Part shown: positions 36,668 through 47,581 of the stretch, piece by piece
How positions within the stretch are numbered: the stretch's first letter is position 1
How the letters are laid out: the number at the start of each line of letters is the position of its first letter
Source of the DNA: Pseudovirgaria hyperparasitica
Taxonomy: Eukaryota
NCBI GenBank assembly: GCA_010093815.1
Contig: ML996571.1
Direction: 5' to 3' (one strand)
DNA length: 64,000 nt
Made by a program: the position numbers and the translations under genes
The notes under the pieces: model-generated
What the model was told of the DNA's origin: nothing
The model's database searches: none
Seen by the model: only the letters and a program-made list of their open reading frames with translations

Positions 36668-38917
36668 CTAGCTCATATCTTCCGAATTCTCCTCCCCTGT
36701 ATCCCCCTCACCAGATCCGTTGTTCGATCCGATCATCCTGTGCTGCGAATCCTGCAAAGCGTCTGTGTGTGGCGGTGTTTCGACTCTCGACTCAACCGAT
36801 CTGAGGGAAGCCGTTGCCCTCTGCGCGTCTCGCAACTGTATCATCCTTTCAAGGCGATCTTGTGACGCATTTGTAGCATACAATCGCTGTCTAAGTAACT
36901 CCGCTTGTCGTAGAAGTTCGATCAGTTCCGATTCTTGGTCCGCGTTTCCAGTGTGCTGTGCTGCGAGCTGTTGTAGCTGACGTGTCGGCCTGTTTCCTTG
37001 CTGAGCGGCATTGATACCATCAAGTCTTGCTAGTTCAAGGGTTAATCGCCTGGCGTCTGCTCTATTCTCTGCAGTCATTTGAGCCAACCGTTGTGCGGGA
37101 CTCATTTCGTTGGCATGAGCAATATTTGGCATACCGTTTAATGCAGCTCGTCTTGCCCTGTTCTCACGGGTATCTGTGATTGAGCCTGGCACACCAGCTC
37201 CGATGAAAGTCCTGTTTGATTCTGGGCGTACAGGGAGAAGTATTGCTGCGACCGGAGAGATCGCTGGATGCAAACCAATACACTGCTGAAGACCCACCAC
37301 ATACGTCCAAATATTCAACAACATCGAGTAGCACTGGGTTGCACTGATCGATAAGGTGTTCGATAGGTTGTGAGTGGTTATGAAACGCCGCAGAAGCTGT
37401 TCCCAATACAAGTATTCTTGGTGAGGCGATTCACCGACCTGGAGGCGACCACCGATAGGCTCCTGGTTGTGCATGAGTGCAACCTGATCATCTATAAGCT
37501 CCTCCAGAGTCCTCATAGCTATCAGGGCTGAATGTGCAGCTCTAGAGGCTACTATACCCTCTGATAGACCTCCATTGTCTCGTTCATCGACCACTGCTTC
37601 AAGGCTTCTGATAGCGGCAGTTGCATCCGGACGATATACTCCATTCTGGATCGAAGCTATCATCGCGACCGGCGCCGCAAGGGGATCTGATGAAGAAGTA
37701 GTCGCCTGCGTACCTAGTAGAGGCAGTTGTGCTATCGAATGTTGGATCTCAGTGTTCGGTGCCGAATTCGAATTTCTGTGAGTAACTGGAGCTGGTGTTG
37801 TCACGGAAGCTCGGGCAGAGTTACCGGACCGTCCTGGCTCTACTGCTGGCATATGCGGCATACGAGGGCCCGGCAGCGATATCGCAACATCTCTGACACT
37901 AAGTCTGTTCTCAGAGGCATGATAAGTTCCACCGCTTGGTACGATGGAATCGACAACTGTCTCAGTAGTCCTAGCTGTGCTTCGTGCCTCCTCTTCAATC
38001 TGACGGGCTAATCTGTCAGTAAGTCTATCACACTGGTTTTGTATTCTAGCTGCTTCTCGTTCTGATTGCCTCAGAGCACGCTGGCGCGCTCTTGCAAGCC
38101 GGATCACCTCCCTTTCCGCTTGTCGTGCAGACTGCTCCCTGCCTATCCTGTAGTCGTCTTGGATTCTCTTGTACGTCGCTTGGCATGCCTGTCTGAGTGT
38201 CCATCCGCGCTCCAATATTAAGAATCGTATCTGTGCAATGCGGCCTCTTATAACCATTCCGGGGTTAGAGTGGAAGTCAAGTTCGTCGTCCGAGTAGTCG
38301 AGGTGTGATTCGACTTGTTGCTGGAGCCAAGTCTGTAATATTTCTGTTTGATAGTCCCTATATTCCGCAAAGCTGGAGAAATTAAAGATGCTCATGTCAG
38401 AACTTCGTGCATGAACTCGTCGTGAATAGACGTCGGGCGCGCCATCCCTCTGAGTCTCGATGTCACCGACAGTACTGTCCGTCTCCATGCATTCTTGGAG
38501 ATATTCTTGGAGATATGGAGATATATGTGACACCGACGGCGGACTTCTGGGGGCGGTGGCGAGTTCAATGCTACTAATTGAATGGCTGTACGATTCTTCA
38601 TAGCTGTAGACTCCGGAGCGGAGCGCTGAAATCACCTCTTGCATGACGGCGTCAAGGTGTGGAACGTTTTGTGTACCAGATGCTGCAGTCATTGGAACCA
38701 CAATGATGGGAATTGAGCCAGTTAATGAGAGACCGCGTAGTGAGACAGGATGACCAAGGACTGTAGTCGCCTCTGTTCCTCCTGGACCTACGAAAAGATC
38801 TGTGCGTTGTGCGATTTGCGATGCGAGAGCATTGCGTAAAGCTGTATTCAATGCTACAGGCAAACGTGTAGATCGAAGACTATGGCGACCGTCATTGGAG
38901 GGTTGGTCACTCATCAT
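36668..38917 (-). CDS. Hypothetical intronless protein (~749 aa) with predicted coiled-coil segments
   Basis: 2.3-kb stop-free frame; first ATG 38917; R/E/Q/A-rich heptad stretches; no family recognised. Confidence 0.7.
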   Translation of the reverse strand: MMSDQPSNDGRHSLRSTRLPVALNTALRNALASQIAQRTDLFVGPGGTEATTVLGHPVSLRGLSLTGSIPIIVVPMTAASGTQNVPHLDAVMQEVISALRSGVYSYEESYSHSISSIELATAPRSPPSVSHISPYLQEYLQECMETDSTVGDIETQRDGAPDVYSRRVHARSSDMSIFNFSSFAEYRDYQTEILQTWLQQQVESHLDYSDDELDFHSNPGMVIRGRIAQIRFLILERGWTLRQACQATYKRIQDDYRIGREQSARQAEREVIRLARARQRALRQSEREAARIQNQCDRLTDRLARQIEEEARSTARTTETVVDSIVPSGGTYHASENRLSVRDVAISLPGPRMPHMPAVEPGRSGNSARASVTTPAPVTHRNSNSAPNTEIQHSIAQLPLLGTQATTSSSDPLAAPVAMIASIQNGVYRPDATAAIRSLEAVVDERDNGGLSEGIVASRAAHSALIAMRTLEELIDDQVALMHNQEPIGGRLQVGESPHQEYLYWEQLLRRFITTHNLSNTLSISATQCYSMLLNIWTYVVGLQQCIGLHPAISPVAAILLPVRPESNRTFIGAGVPGSITDTRENRARRAALNGMPNIAHANEMSPAQRLAQMTAENRADARRLTLELARLDGINAAQQGNRPTRQLQQLAAQHTGNADQESELIELLRQAELLRQRLYATNASQDRLERMIQLRDAQRATASLRSVESRVETPPHTDALQDSQHRMIGSNNGSGEGDTGEENSEDMS

Positions 38918-39438
38918 AACAGCACTCACAGTGTTGTCGAATAAGTTGTGGGGATAAGGGTGGAAAGAGAAAGACAAAGACAGTGAGAGGGGGAGAGAGG
39001 ATCTATCAAAGGTGAGCGCGAGATCAGAAATCGTTGTTTTTGTTTGTCACACGCAGACCCCTGCAGTTGCACTGAGCTTTTCACCCTACACTTAAGTAGT
39101 ACTCAAGCCCATCAAAAGTATCCAATAAGAAGAGATGGCTAAGAAGATATGAAATGCGTGAATACACTTTGGATGATATACAATGAAAGATTCGGTATAT
39201 TACTTGGATGCTGTTGACGCCCTCAAGAAAAAGAAGCAATACAAGGGAGACTTCGTCCTGTCTATTCCACATCGCCTTCAAGGGCTCATGATGTTGATTA
39301 CACAAGTAGTAATGACGCTAAAACAGGATTCCTCCAAAAGCTTCAAGAGCGCCTCGCAAAGTGGTACACGATTATTTAAAGCATTACAAGAAAGGAATAC
39401 ACAGTCACATAGAGGGATGAGGGGCGTTGCTCCTACCC

Positions 39439-40552
39439 CTAACGGCGTCCGCTTGGAACTATGGTGACCTTTCCATATTTATCTTGGACCGGGACAGTGC
39501 CCTGTGGACAAAAATAGGACCTTCCGGCAGGTCGAATCGTATCAACGCCTCCAGGGTACTTAGTTTCCATGTATACCCTATCCTTACTCTTCGGCTTCTT
39601 TTCTGCAATACGAATCTTTTCAAAGAGGCAGTACGAAGCGTAGTAAATGCAACTTGTATTCCCCGAATTAGGTCCCTTTTTGCTCCGGAAGTCGGTCAGT
39701 TGTTTTGATTGAATCTTGCGGGTCTCGGTGTGATACTGGGCCATCAGATCTCTGAGGAACTGTGCTTGCGTAATGCCTTCTGATCGGAGGTGCGCGCCGA
39801 TCTTGCGCCGTATTTCATCGCAGGTATCATAAACCGGCACTTTATCCTCCAACTCCCCAGGCAGTTGGACAGCTTTTGCATTCTGGGCCCTTTCTTCGGC
39901 CTTTGACGGGGCTGGTGCAGGTTCCCCTGCAGCTGTGACAACCTTTTGCTTCTTTCTCGGCATCGGAATGCCCCTGAGCTCTCTTAACCTGAAGAATTTC
40001 CATGCTGAGTGGTAGCATTCAGAGTTTGCACCCTTGTATGGTCCATTCTGTCCCATAAAGTTGCGATAGGACGGACCGCTGACGTTGATAGCTTTTTGAA
40101 ACTCCCCAACCTTCATTTCCCCAGAATCAAGGAAGTTATTGATCCTAGCACGGACTTGGTTGCAATTCAGTACCGGACCCATGGTGAAGTCCACATCGTC
40201 GGAATCCGCATCTACTGAAGCAAGGTCTGTAGATGCGGGGCGTTTCCGCTGTAGCCCATTGATATCCTGTATTGAGACTGCATATCCAGGGCGCCCCATG
40301 GCGCCTTGAGGTACCGCGTTTGAATTGGGGTCTGTTCGTGGTTCTGTGTTGAGAATTGTCCCGAGGTAAGATGGGCGGGTCCGTAAAGAGTCTGTCGGCT
40401 TCTTTGCTAATTCGCTAAGAGAGGAAAGAGGAGGTAATTGAACGTTTGAGTCACGTTGACCCAAGGCCTGGCGATTGATCTATGGATTCACGTCAGGTCA
40501 AGGATTCCGGGGGGGGCTTGCACGGAGAATTTACAGGCGGAAGTTTTGACAT
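39439..40552 (-). CDS. Conserved fungal protein with two tandem homologous helical domains (DUF7726-like); exons 40552-40535, 40479-39439
   Basis: Internal repeat CNQVRARI..F...GPYKGANSECYHSAWKFF / CDEIRRKI..F...GPNSGNTSCIYYASYCLF; phase-0 intron GTAAAT..CTGAC..TAG supplies the start MSKLPP. Confidence 0.75.
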
Positions 40553-41088
40553 CTTCAACACGTCCCCTCGGAGTAGATGATGACTGCAAATCAAAAGTGG
40601 AGGTCTATCAGGTGCACACGGTGAGAACTGGTCCAAAAAGTGATATGATTAATCGATCAGAGGGATTGTTGGTGAGGATCGTGGACCGCGTCAGAGACAT
40701 GACAAGATTTTGTTTATGGGTACGCGAGTCCTCCGCGAATGCACGTGCAGATAGACTACGCCAATTCACGCCACCCCTGACCTAAATCAAACATAGCTAG
40801 TCTTCGGACCTCAGAATAGTGCCACAAGAAGCAATAATGATAGCGGCACAGATATATAGCAAGCCACTACAAATAAAAACGTCGCAGGTAGGAGCGGTGT
40901 ACGCTACCAACAGGAGAATGCCTGGCGGACATGTGCCATTATACCTAGATCTGATGCTTAATTGCAGATTGGGGTATGTGTACTGCGGCCGGTCAGGACG
41001 GTGTGATGCATCGTTTGCTTGAGTTGAGCCACAGTGCCATGGACCGCAGACGTCAATATAGTACTCATTTAAGGTCGATACCTATACC

Positions 41089-41793
41089 TTAGTCGAGGAA
41101 CCCCAGCTCCTCATCCATGACACCACTCAGACCTTTCGTAAGTCGATGGGTACCACTGTTGACGGGTGGCCACTCTCTACTTCGCTTTTGCATGCCTTCT
41201 GCTTGCTGCAACGCATTTGGAAGATCTCTAGCGGAAAATCAGAGTAGACCTAACTGGGATATTTTGTGACGGGTACTTACCCAACCCTACCGTATACAAC
41301 ATATCCTTGGTCCTGTAATGCCTTAGCTAGCTCGGTTTGATGGTTGTCCATGAGAGCTTCATTTGGCACTACAATCAGAGTCGCGCCAACACGAAGGGCG
41401 GCGAGGATTGATCCTGATCCTGTCAAGATTAGATGTCTGCAAGAAGAATCATCCGTACAAAACCGTACCAGCATGACTGATTACGAGTCCTGTTTCATCA
41501 TTGAGGCTTCCTCTGGCAGCCCTCATGTCATCATCGATGCCGTCTATTTTGAAATCATATCCCGAGATTTGGAGTCCAAGATTAGACAAGAGAGCTCTAT
41601 TGCCCAAAATACGATCGAAGTGATCCTTGCCATCTTTGCCGTACTGCACTACAAGATGTGTGAAACCCAGGCTAGCGAGGGCTTTGAGAAACGAAGGGTC
41701 AAGGCACTCGACCAACAGCTGATCAAAGGATGCGGTTGCGCCGATAGTGACGAAGCATAGTCTTTTTCTGGACGTTACATCGCTCCCAGGCAT
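41089..41793 (-). CDS. ALG13: UDP-GlcNAc transferase subunit Alg13; exons 41793-41469, 41419-41281, 41227-41089
   Basis: [53 protein letters not shown]...[10 protein letters not shown]. Confidence 0.94.
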
Positions 41794-41989
41794 ACTGCAC
41801 TGTGTCCCAACAAAGTCCAAAAGAGCATACGAGAACTGAAGGATGCTTGCATCGAATATTGACACTAACAAATCATACCTGAGGTAGTACTTGGGTACTG
41901 CCGAAGAATACCCGACCTCCGCTCCTTCCGCAAATTTGAAGCTCCGAATGTAGCTCCTAGAGTTGATCCATCCGTCTACAGTCACGGCG

Positions 41990-43491
41990 ATGGAGCGAGC
42001 ACTTACTCGAGCCTTCAATGGTTCGCGAAAGTCTCCATTTCGGCGGAAGCCTACTGTTACATTCTCCCAATGGCAACGAACACTTACTTCTACGCGACAA
42101 TACCGCGCAAAGGAAGACAAAGACGATAATATTTTCATGGGCGATCAGACGGAAGCCCATACAGAGGAAGGCAATGGAAGCGTTTCGAAGATGGATCAAG
42201 AGAAGAATCCTACGAGACTGAAGGATTCCAAATCAAGAGATGCCTTCCTCAGGAAACGGATGAAATTGATCATGAAAGAGGAGCAATCAGAAGATGGATA
42301 TCGCCTGCCTAGCAAGGCCGAGAAAGCCCGTGAAACATTCAAATCCGAGGAGGCATTCGATGATTTCACTAATGACGGTGTGGAAGGTGGTGATGTAGAA
42401 GAACTTACGGCAACGACATTCAACTTGCCTTCTCGAAGTAAAAAAGGTGGCAATGAGGTCAAAATGATCTTGCCATATCGCAGGACTATTGGGGATGATA
42501 CCCTGAAACAAGGAGAGACAATAGGCCTTCAGCAGGCGCACGAAATGGGCTTGGTCGACAATGTATCGACCATATTGCAAGACTCCGAGGAGCCTTTCGA
42601 TGACACTTTCCCGCCAGAAGAGGCTTATCGGGATGACGATCTAGGGTACTGGGCTGAGGGACAGGATGAAAGCGAAAGACTCCCTGATGATGAATTTTAT
42701 GGCGATGATATCGCTACTCCAGGTCATACAGAACTCGAGACGCACCGTGAAATGAGAGAGTTCGCAAGGCTTATCACCTGGGATCTACCTCTACTTGGAT
42801 GTATGTATTGTTGGTGCAGTCATGTAAGAACAGTAAAGCTAACGACCATACAGCTCTCACGAAAAGCTTCACACCTCCAACCCTAAACCAACCCCTACGA
42901 TTCCGCTATACTACATACCTTGGGGAGGATCATCCTGCCGCCAACAAGGTTACCGTTGAATTCAATCCAAACGACTTGCCAGACTTAACATATGAGCAAA
43001 GGGCCACGCTCATCAAGCTTTGTGGACCACGTTACAACCCGGAGAAAGAGGTGGTGAAAATAAGCTGTGAGATGTTTGATACGCAATTACAAAACAAGCG
43101 GTGGCTATTGGACACGACCAACGCTCTCGTCAAGGAAGCTAGAGAAGGCCAAGATTCGTTCGCGGATATCCCTTTCGACTTTCGCCACCACAAGCCCAAG
43201 CCCGTCTATAAGTTTCCCAACAAATGGATCTTGACCGAAGAGCGCAAAGCAGAATTGACAGCAAAACGCAAACAGTCTGATGAAGCCGAACAAGCCAGGA
43301 GAGAAGGCAACAAGCTCATAGACGGCGCGGCGCTGGTCAGAAAACACCACGCAGCTACACCTGCATTGCCATTGTCAGACAGAAATGGCAATCCACTGAC
43401 AATTGAAGAGCCCGTGGCGGACCTTGTCATGGCAGAGCTGTCACCACTGAACAATTACCGAGGACGACGGCGTTTCAAGCGAAATACGTAA
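41990..43491 (+). CDS. RSM24: Mitochondrial small-subunit ribosomal protein Rsm24/mS35; exons 41990-42800, 42854-43491
   Basis: Arg-rich presequence; DDIATPGHTELETHREMREFARLITWDLPLL; PLRFRYTTYLGEDHPAANKV; LIKLCGPRYNP; DSFADIPFDFRHHK. Confidence 0.9.
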
Positions 43492-44563
43492 TCTTGTTGT
43501 GAGCTGTATCCAACCTGTATAATATATAGCATCATCCAAATCCATGTACAAATTGTGACCAATGAATTAAACATCCGCTTGTCTAATCGGCATTCAACAA
43601 AACTGTTGTGGAAAAGGAGACCTCACTATTTTGCCAGTGCTGCTTGATCATCTCGTCTCCGCAGATCGGCCCTGGAAACAGCGATCCAACCTTGTAGTTG
43701 ACATGGTGATCACATGAGCGTACGGAGTACCGCTTCGCTTACGGGTATACGGGTTGCTCAGAAGACTAATGAGAGGGCGCGTGTGAGACAAACGAGGGTA
43801 GGTCAAGGCTGCATTCTGTCTTGAGTCCGTGTCTCAAGAGGCGGATGCAGGCATATCCGGTAAGACTAACCTAAAAACCTTCATCGTTTCATCAGGTCGA
43901 TACGTGTACGAATGAACCTTTTTTTTTTCTGGAAATGTATCGATCTAGATCCCAGTCCCAGTCCCACAAACCATACCATTTCCCCAGAATCCCCATACAC
44001 AGTATAGCAAAGCCACGAGCCGTGAGGGCTCCACGCAAATTCCCCATTCCCAGCTGAAATCGTCCCGCCCCCCGCGCTTACGGGTCCGTCCCGCTCGCTT
44101 AGCCACGTCGCTCCACCTACGTAACCCGCTCTCGGTGCCCTCTCGACCTTCCGCAAACGGAAACTCGTTGTGCACCATATCTCCAAGGAATTCAGGCGCC
44201 AAACACGGACCGAGTACTCGTTTTCGCTGACGCTCACCACCACGGCCCCGTCTCACCTTACCTTACCGTGCGTAAGACAGGGCAGTATGCTAACAGAGAA
44301 TGTGCTTACGGATGTGATGTAGTGACAAGTATGTCTCCTTGCGTAAATCTGCCGGTCCGGTGGCGGACAACGCGCCAGTCGGGGAGCCAGCGTAGCCAAG
44401 GAAGTCAGTTTGCGTGACGAAGGGAGCTGTTACAAAGTCTATATACCAGAGACGAGCCGGCTGTTTGAGGTGATTCCGTGTCGTTGTCGTTGTATCTTTG
44501 TGCTGTATAAGTCGTTGATGCCCTAATTGCCCCTGCCCCTTTGCTAGATGTCAAGGACTCACG

Positions 44564-45675
44564 ATGCCTCTCACCACCACCATCATCACGTTCGTGATCT
44601 ACGCACTGGGCGTGTACGCTGTGCCATCGCCTAGAAGACTGGAATCTCGAGGTACGCGCAGCAGTATACTCCATCGCGAGAATAACAGCGTTGACGGGGG
44701 TCGACTTTGCTAACCATGGCTCGACCACATACACAGCCGTCGATGCAACCACATTCACCGCGCTCTCGCATATGGAACAGTTTGCCGCCGCCGCCTACTG
44801 CCCAGGCAATAACAACTCTCCCAATACCAAACTCAGCTGCGCACCCGCCGATACATGCCCACTCGTCGAAGCAGCGAATACAAACACACTCTTTGAATTC
44901 GAGAAGTCGGTTTACCTCCCCTACCCCCCTTATATATCACTCGCCTCGAAACGGATACTCCATGTACATCTCTTCCCTGTCCGCGCACATACTGACGGCA
45001 AGCAGCTCCCTCATCACAGACGTCACTGGCTACGTCGCCACCGACACCACCAATTCCCTCGTCGTCGTCTCCTTTCGCGGCAGCCAGTCAGTGCGCAACT
45101 GGATCTCCAACCTCAACTTCCTACTCGTCCCTACCGATCTCTGCGCTACGTGTTTCGCTCATGACGGCTTCTGGACCTCGTGGGCTGAGGCGCGGAGTGG
45201 CGTCCTCGCCGCCATAATGACCGCTGCGAACTCGCATCCTGGGTTCCAGCTCGTTGTCACCGGGCACAGTCTGGGCGGCGCGATTGCGACCCTGGCCGCT
45301 GCGGAGCTGCGGAAGAAGGGCTATACGGCGCAGTTGTACACGTACGGGGCGCCGCGGATTGGGAACAAGGGAATTAGTAATTTCATCACGACGCAAGGTG
45401 GCAACTTTAGAGTCACGCACAAGAACGATCCGGTGCCGAAGCTGCCGCCGAGGTTGGGATATGTGCATATTGCGCCGGAATATTATATAACGAGTGCGAA
45501 TAATGTTACGGTGACGCCAAGTGATATCCAGGTGTTCCAGACAGGAGATAGTAGCTCTGGGAATGCGGGCGATGGGGGTCTGGACACGGACGCCCATGGG
45601 TGGTATTTTAATAGAATTTCGGCGTGCTCTGATGGTGACTTTGAATTGAAGAAGAGGGACGAGGAAAAGCGTTGA
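44564..45675 (+). CDS. Secreted class-3 lipase (mono/diacylglycerol lipase-like); exons 44564-44651, 44737-44905, 45006-45675
   Basis: Signal peptide MPLTTTIITFVIYALGVYA; AAAYC, VVSFRGS, AHDGF, TGHSLGGA, YTYGAPRIGN, RVTHKNDPVPKLPP, AHGWYF. Confidence 0.92.
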
Positions 45676-45861
45676 GGGCTTTCCCGTGGCTGTATAGGAG
45701 TGATGAGATGAAATGAATGGCTACAAGTCTGTATTTGAGGAATCAATTGTATCTTTGTATTGAGCTTCTTACCATGTTAACCATACTACACTTTTGACAC
45801 CTCCATGCACCTACACTGCCCAATCTGCGCCGCCATAATGATATCGCTTAGAGGAAGAGGA

Positions 45862-47005
45862 CTACTGGGGTGGGATATAGGGGTTCACAAGCATATCGCT
45901 GAACCTGCAAGAAACCGTTAGCAGGGTACATGTTTAGCAAAGGGAGACTTACTTTTCTAACTTCTCCTTTCCTCTCACCTCCTCCACTAGCAGTGGCATC
46001 TTGACTACATTGAACTCATCATACAACTCCTCGATTTGGTCCAGATATTTCTTCTGCATCTTCCGACGCGCGTTACACTGTTCACACTCATTGTCTTTCT
46101 TGGGAAATAGTAGCTGATTCACCACAATTGCATGCGTGTCGATCTGATAACTGCTCAACTCCTGAATCATTCTCTCCGTTTCGTACAAACTTAGGAATTC
46201 TGCGATGCATACGCACACAAATGTCGTCATATCAGCGTCCTTGAATTGCGTGTTTACTTCTGATATAGTCTCGCGTAGCGTCTCCATCTTCGATAGAATG
46301 TCGTCGAGGCTCTGGCCGTTGGGCAATCCACCGCGCGCGCCTAGCACGCTGTTCAGCATGGGACCGAATTGAGATGAGAGTTGTGAGAGCTTTGCAAGAG
46401 CCTTTTCCATAACGGTAGGAAACTGGAGAAAGCGAAGCGTGTGGCCTGTCGGCGCGGTATCGAAAATTATGACCTCGTAAGAGAGCGATTTGACTTGCTT
46501 AAGCACTTCTGCAAAAGACATGGCTTCATCGACACCCGGAATCTGCGATACACCACCTTCATCAGCCTCCGAATTCCCATAATTCTTGCCTTTGTATACT
46601 CTTCACACGTACACTGAACGCCAAGTCCTGCATCATGCCTCCCATACCCCCGGCCATGCCGGCGAGCGGATCCTCGTCTTCTCCTCCTCCCGCCAGAAGA
46701 TCTTGTATACTCCCGTTTGGATCGATCTCCATGGCGCTCAGGTTATCAAATCCATTGATGAGTCGCGCATCTTTGCCAAATTTTTGGTTGAATGCGTCCG
46801 AGAGGTTGTGCGCTGGGTCGGTCGAGATGAGGAGGACTGATTTGCGATGCTTCGCGAGTTGGATAGCGAGTGAGCAGGAGGTTGTGGTCTTGCCGACACC
46901 ACCTTTGCCACCTACGAAGATCCAGCGAAGGGTTTTCTGGTCAAGTATGGATTGGAGGGTGGGCTCTAGGATATCGTCGTCGACGAGAGTCATGGCGTCT
47001 GACAT
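45862..47005 (-). CDS. GET3: ATPase Get3/ASNA1 (tail-anchored protein insertion); exons 47005-46613, 46542-45953, 45904-45862
   Basis: [48 protein letters not shown]. Confidence 0.97.
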
Positions 47006-47581
47006 GATGTTTTAGGTGGGGCACAGGTGCCGTCGAGAAGGAAGTTCTGTGTGTGAGAACGAACTCGCGATTCGAGTGAAAATTAGAAGAGAACAGGGTG
47101 GAATACCGAAGAAGACAGCTTAGGTGAATGTTTGGCCGAGATCTGGATCTGAGGGCAATGCGCGTGGGAGGGGCAAGCCGCAACTGTAGAATTATGCGCC
47201 TCACCGTCATGCCGCGCGCAGCATCATTCTGCGCTGTGGCTGTGCACTCAACAGTATATTGCACTTCAATCAGTAGCACTTCAACTATATTGTAACTCGG
47301 AAAATGAAGACGTCTATCTTTCTGCACATGGAGGAAGACACGTCATCTAGTGTCTTATTGCCTGCCGTACGTGTAGTTTCAAACGCCCCCTAAGAAGCGC
47401 TCCGAGCCGAACTGGTCTACTTGAACGCTGCTTACACGCTGCATTCCCACACCAATCCCCATGATTTGAATCAAAATGTCTTTGAAAGGTGGGACGAGAA
47501 TGATACATCGTCCCATGACAGTGTGCGCCAGAACACCGGTGATGCCCATAAACTTCCCACATCAATAGGATGACAACTCAC

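Noticed and set aside
41449..42138. 229-aa track ORF extending ALG13 upstream across RSM24
   Set aside because: Alg13 similarity starts at ATG 41793; the extension is largely antisense to RSM24 and has no recognisable motif.
44998..45006. AAG-CAG tandem acceptor in lipase intron 2
   Set aside because: Either choice keeps the frame and changes only one Ser; unremarkable.
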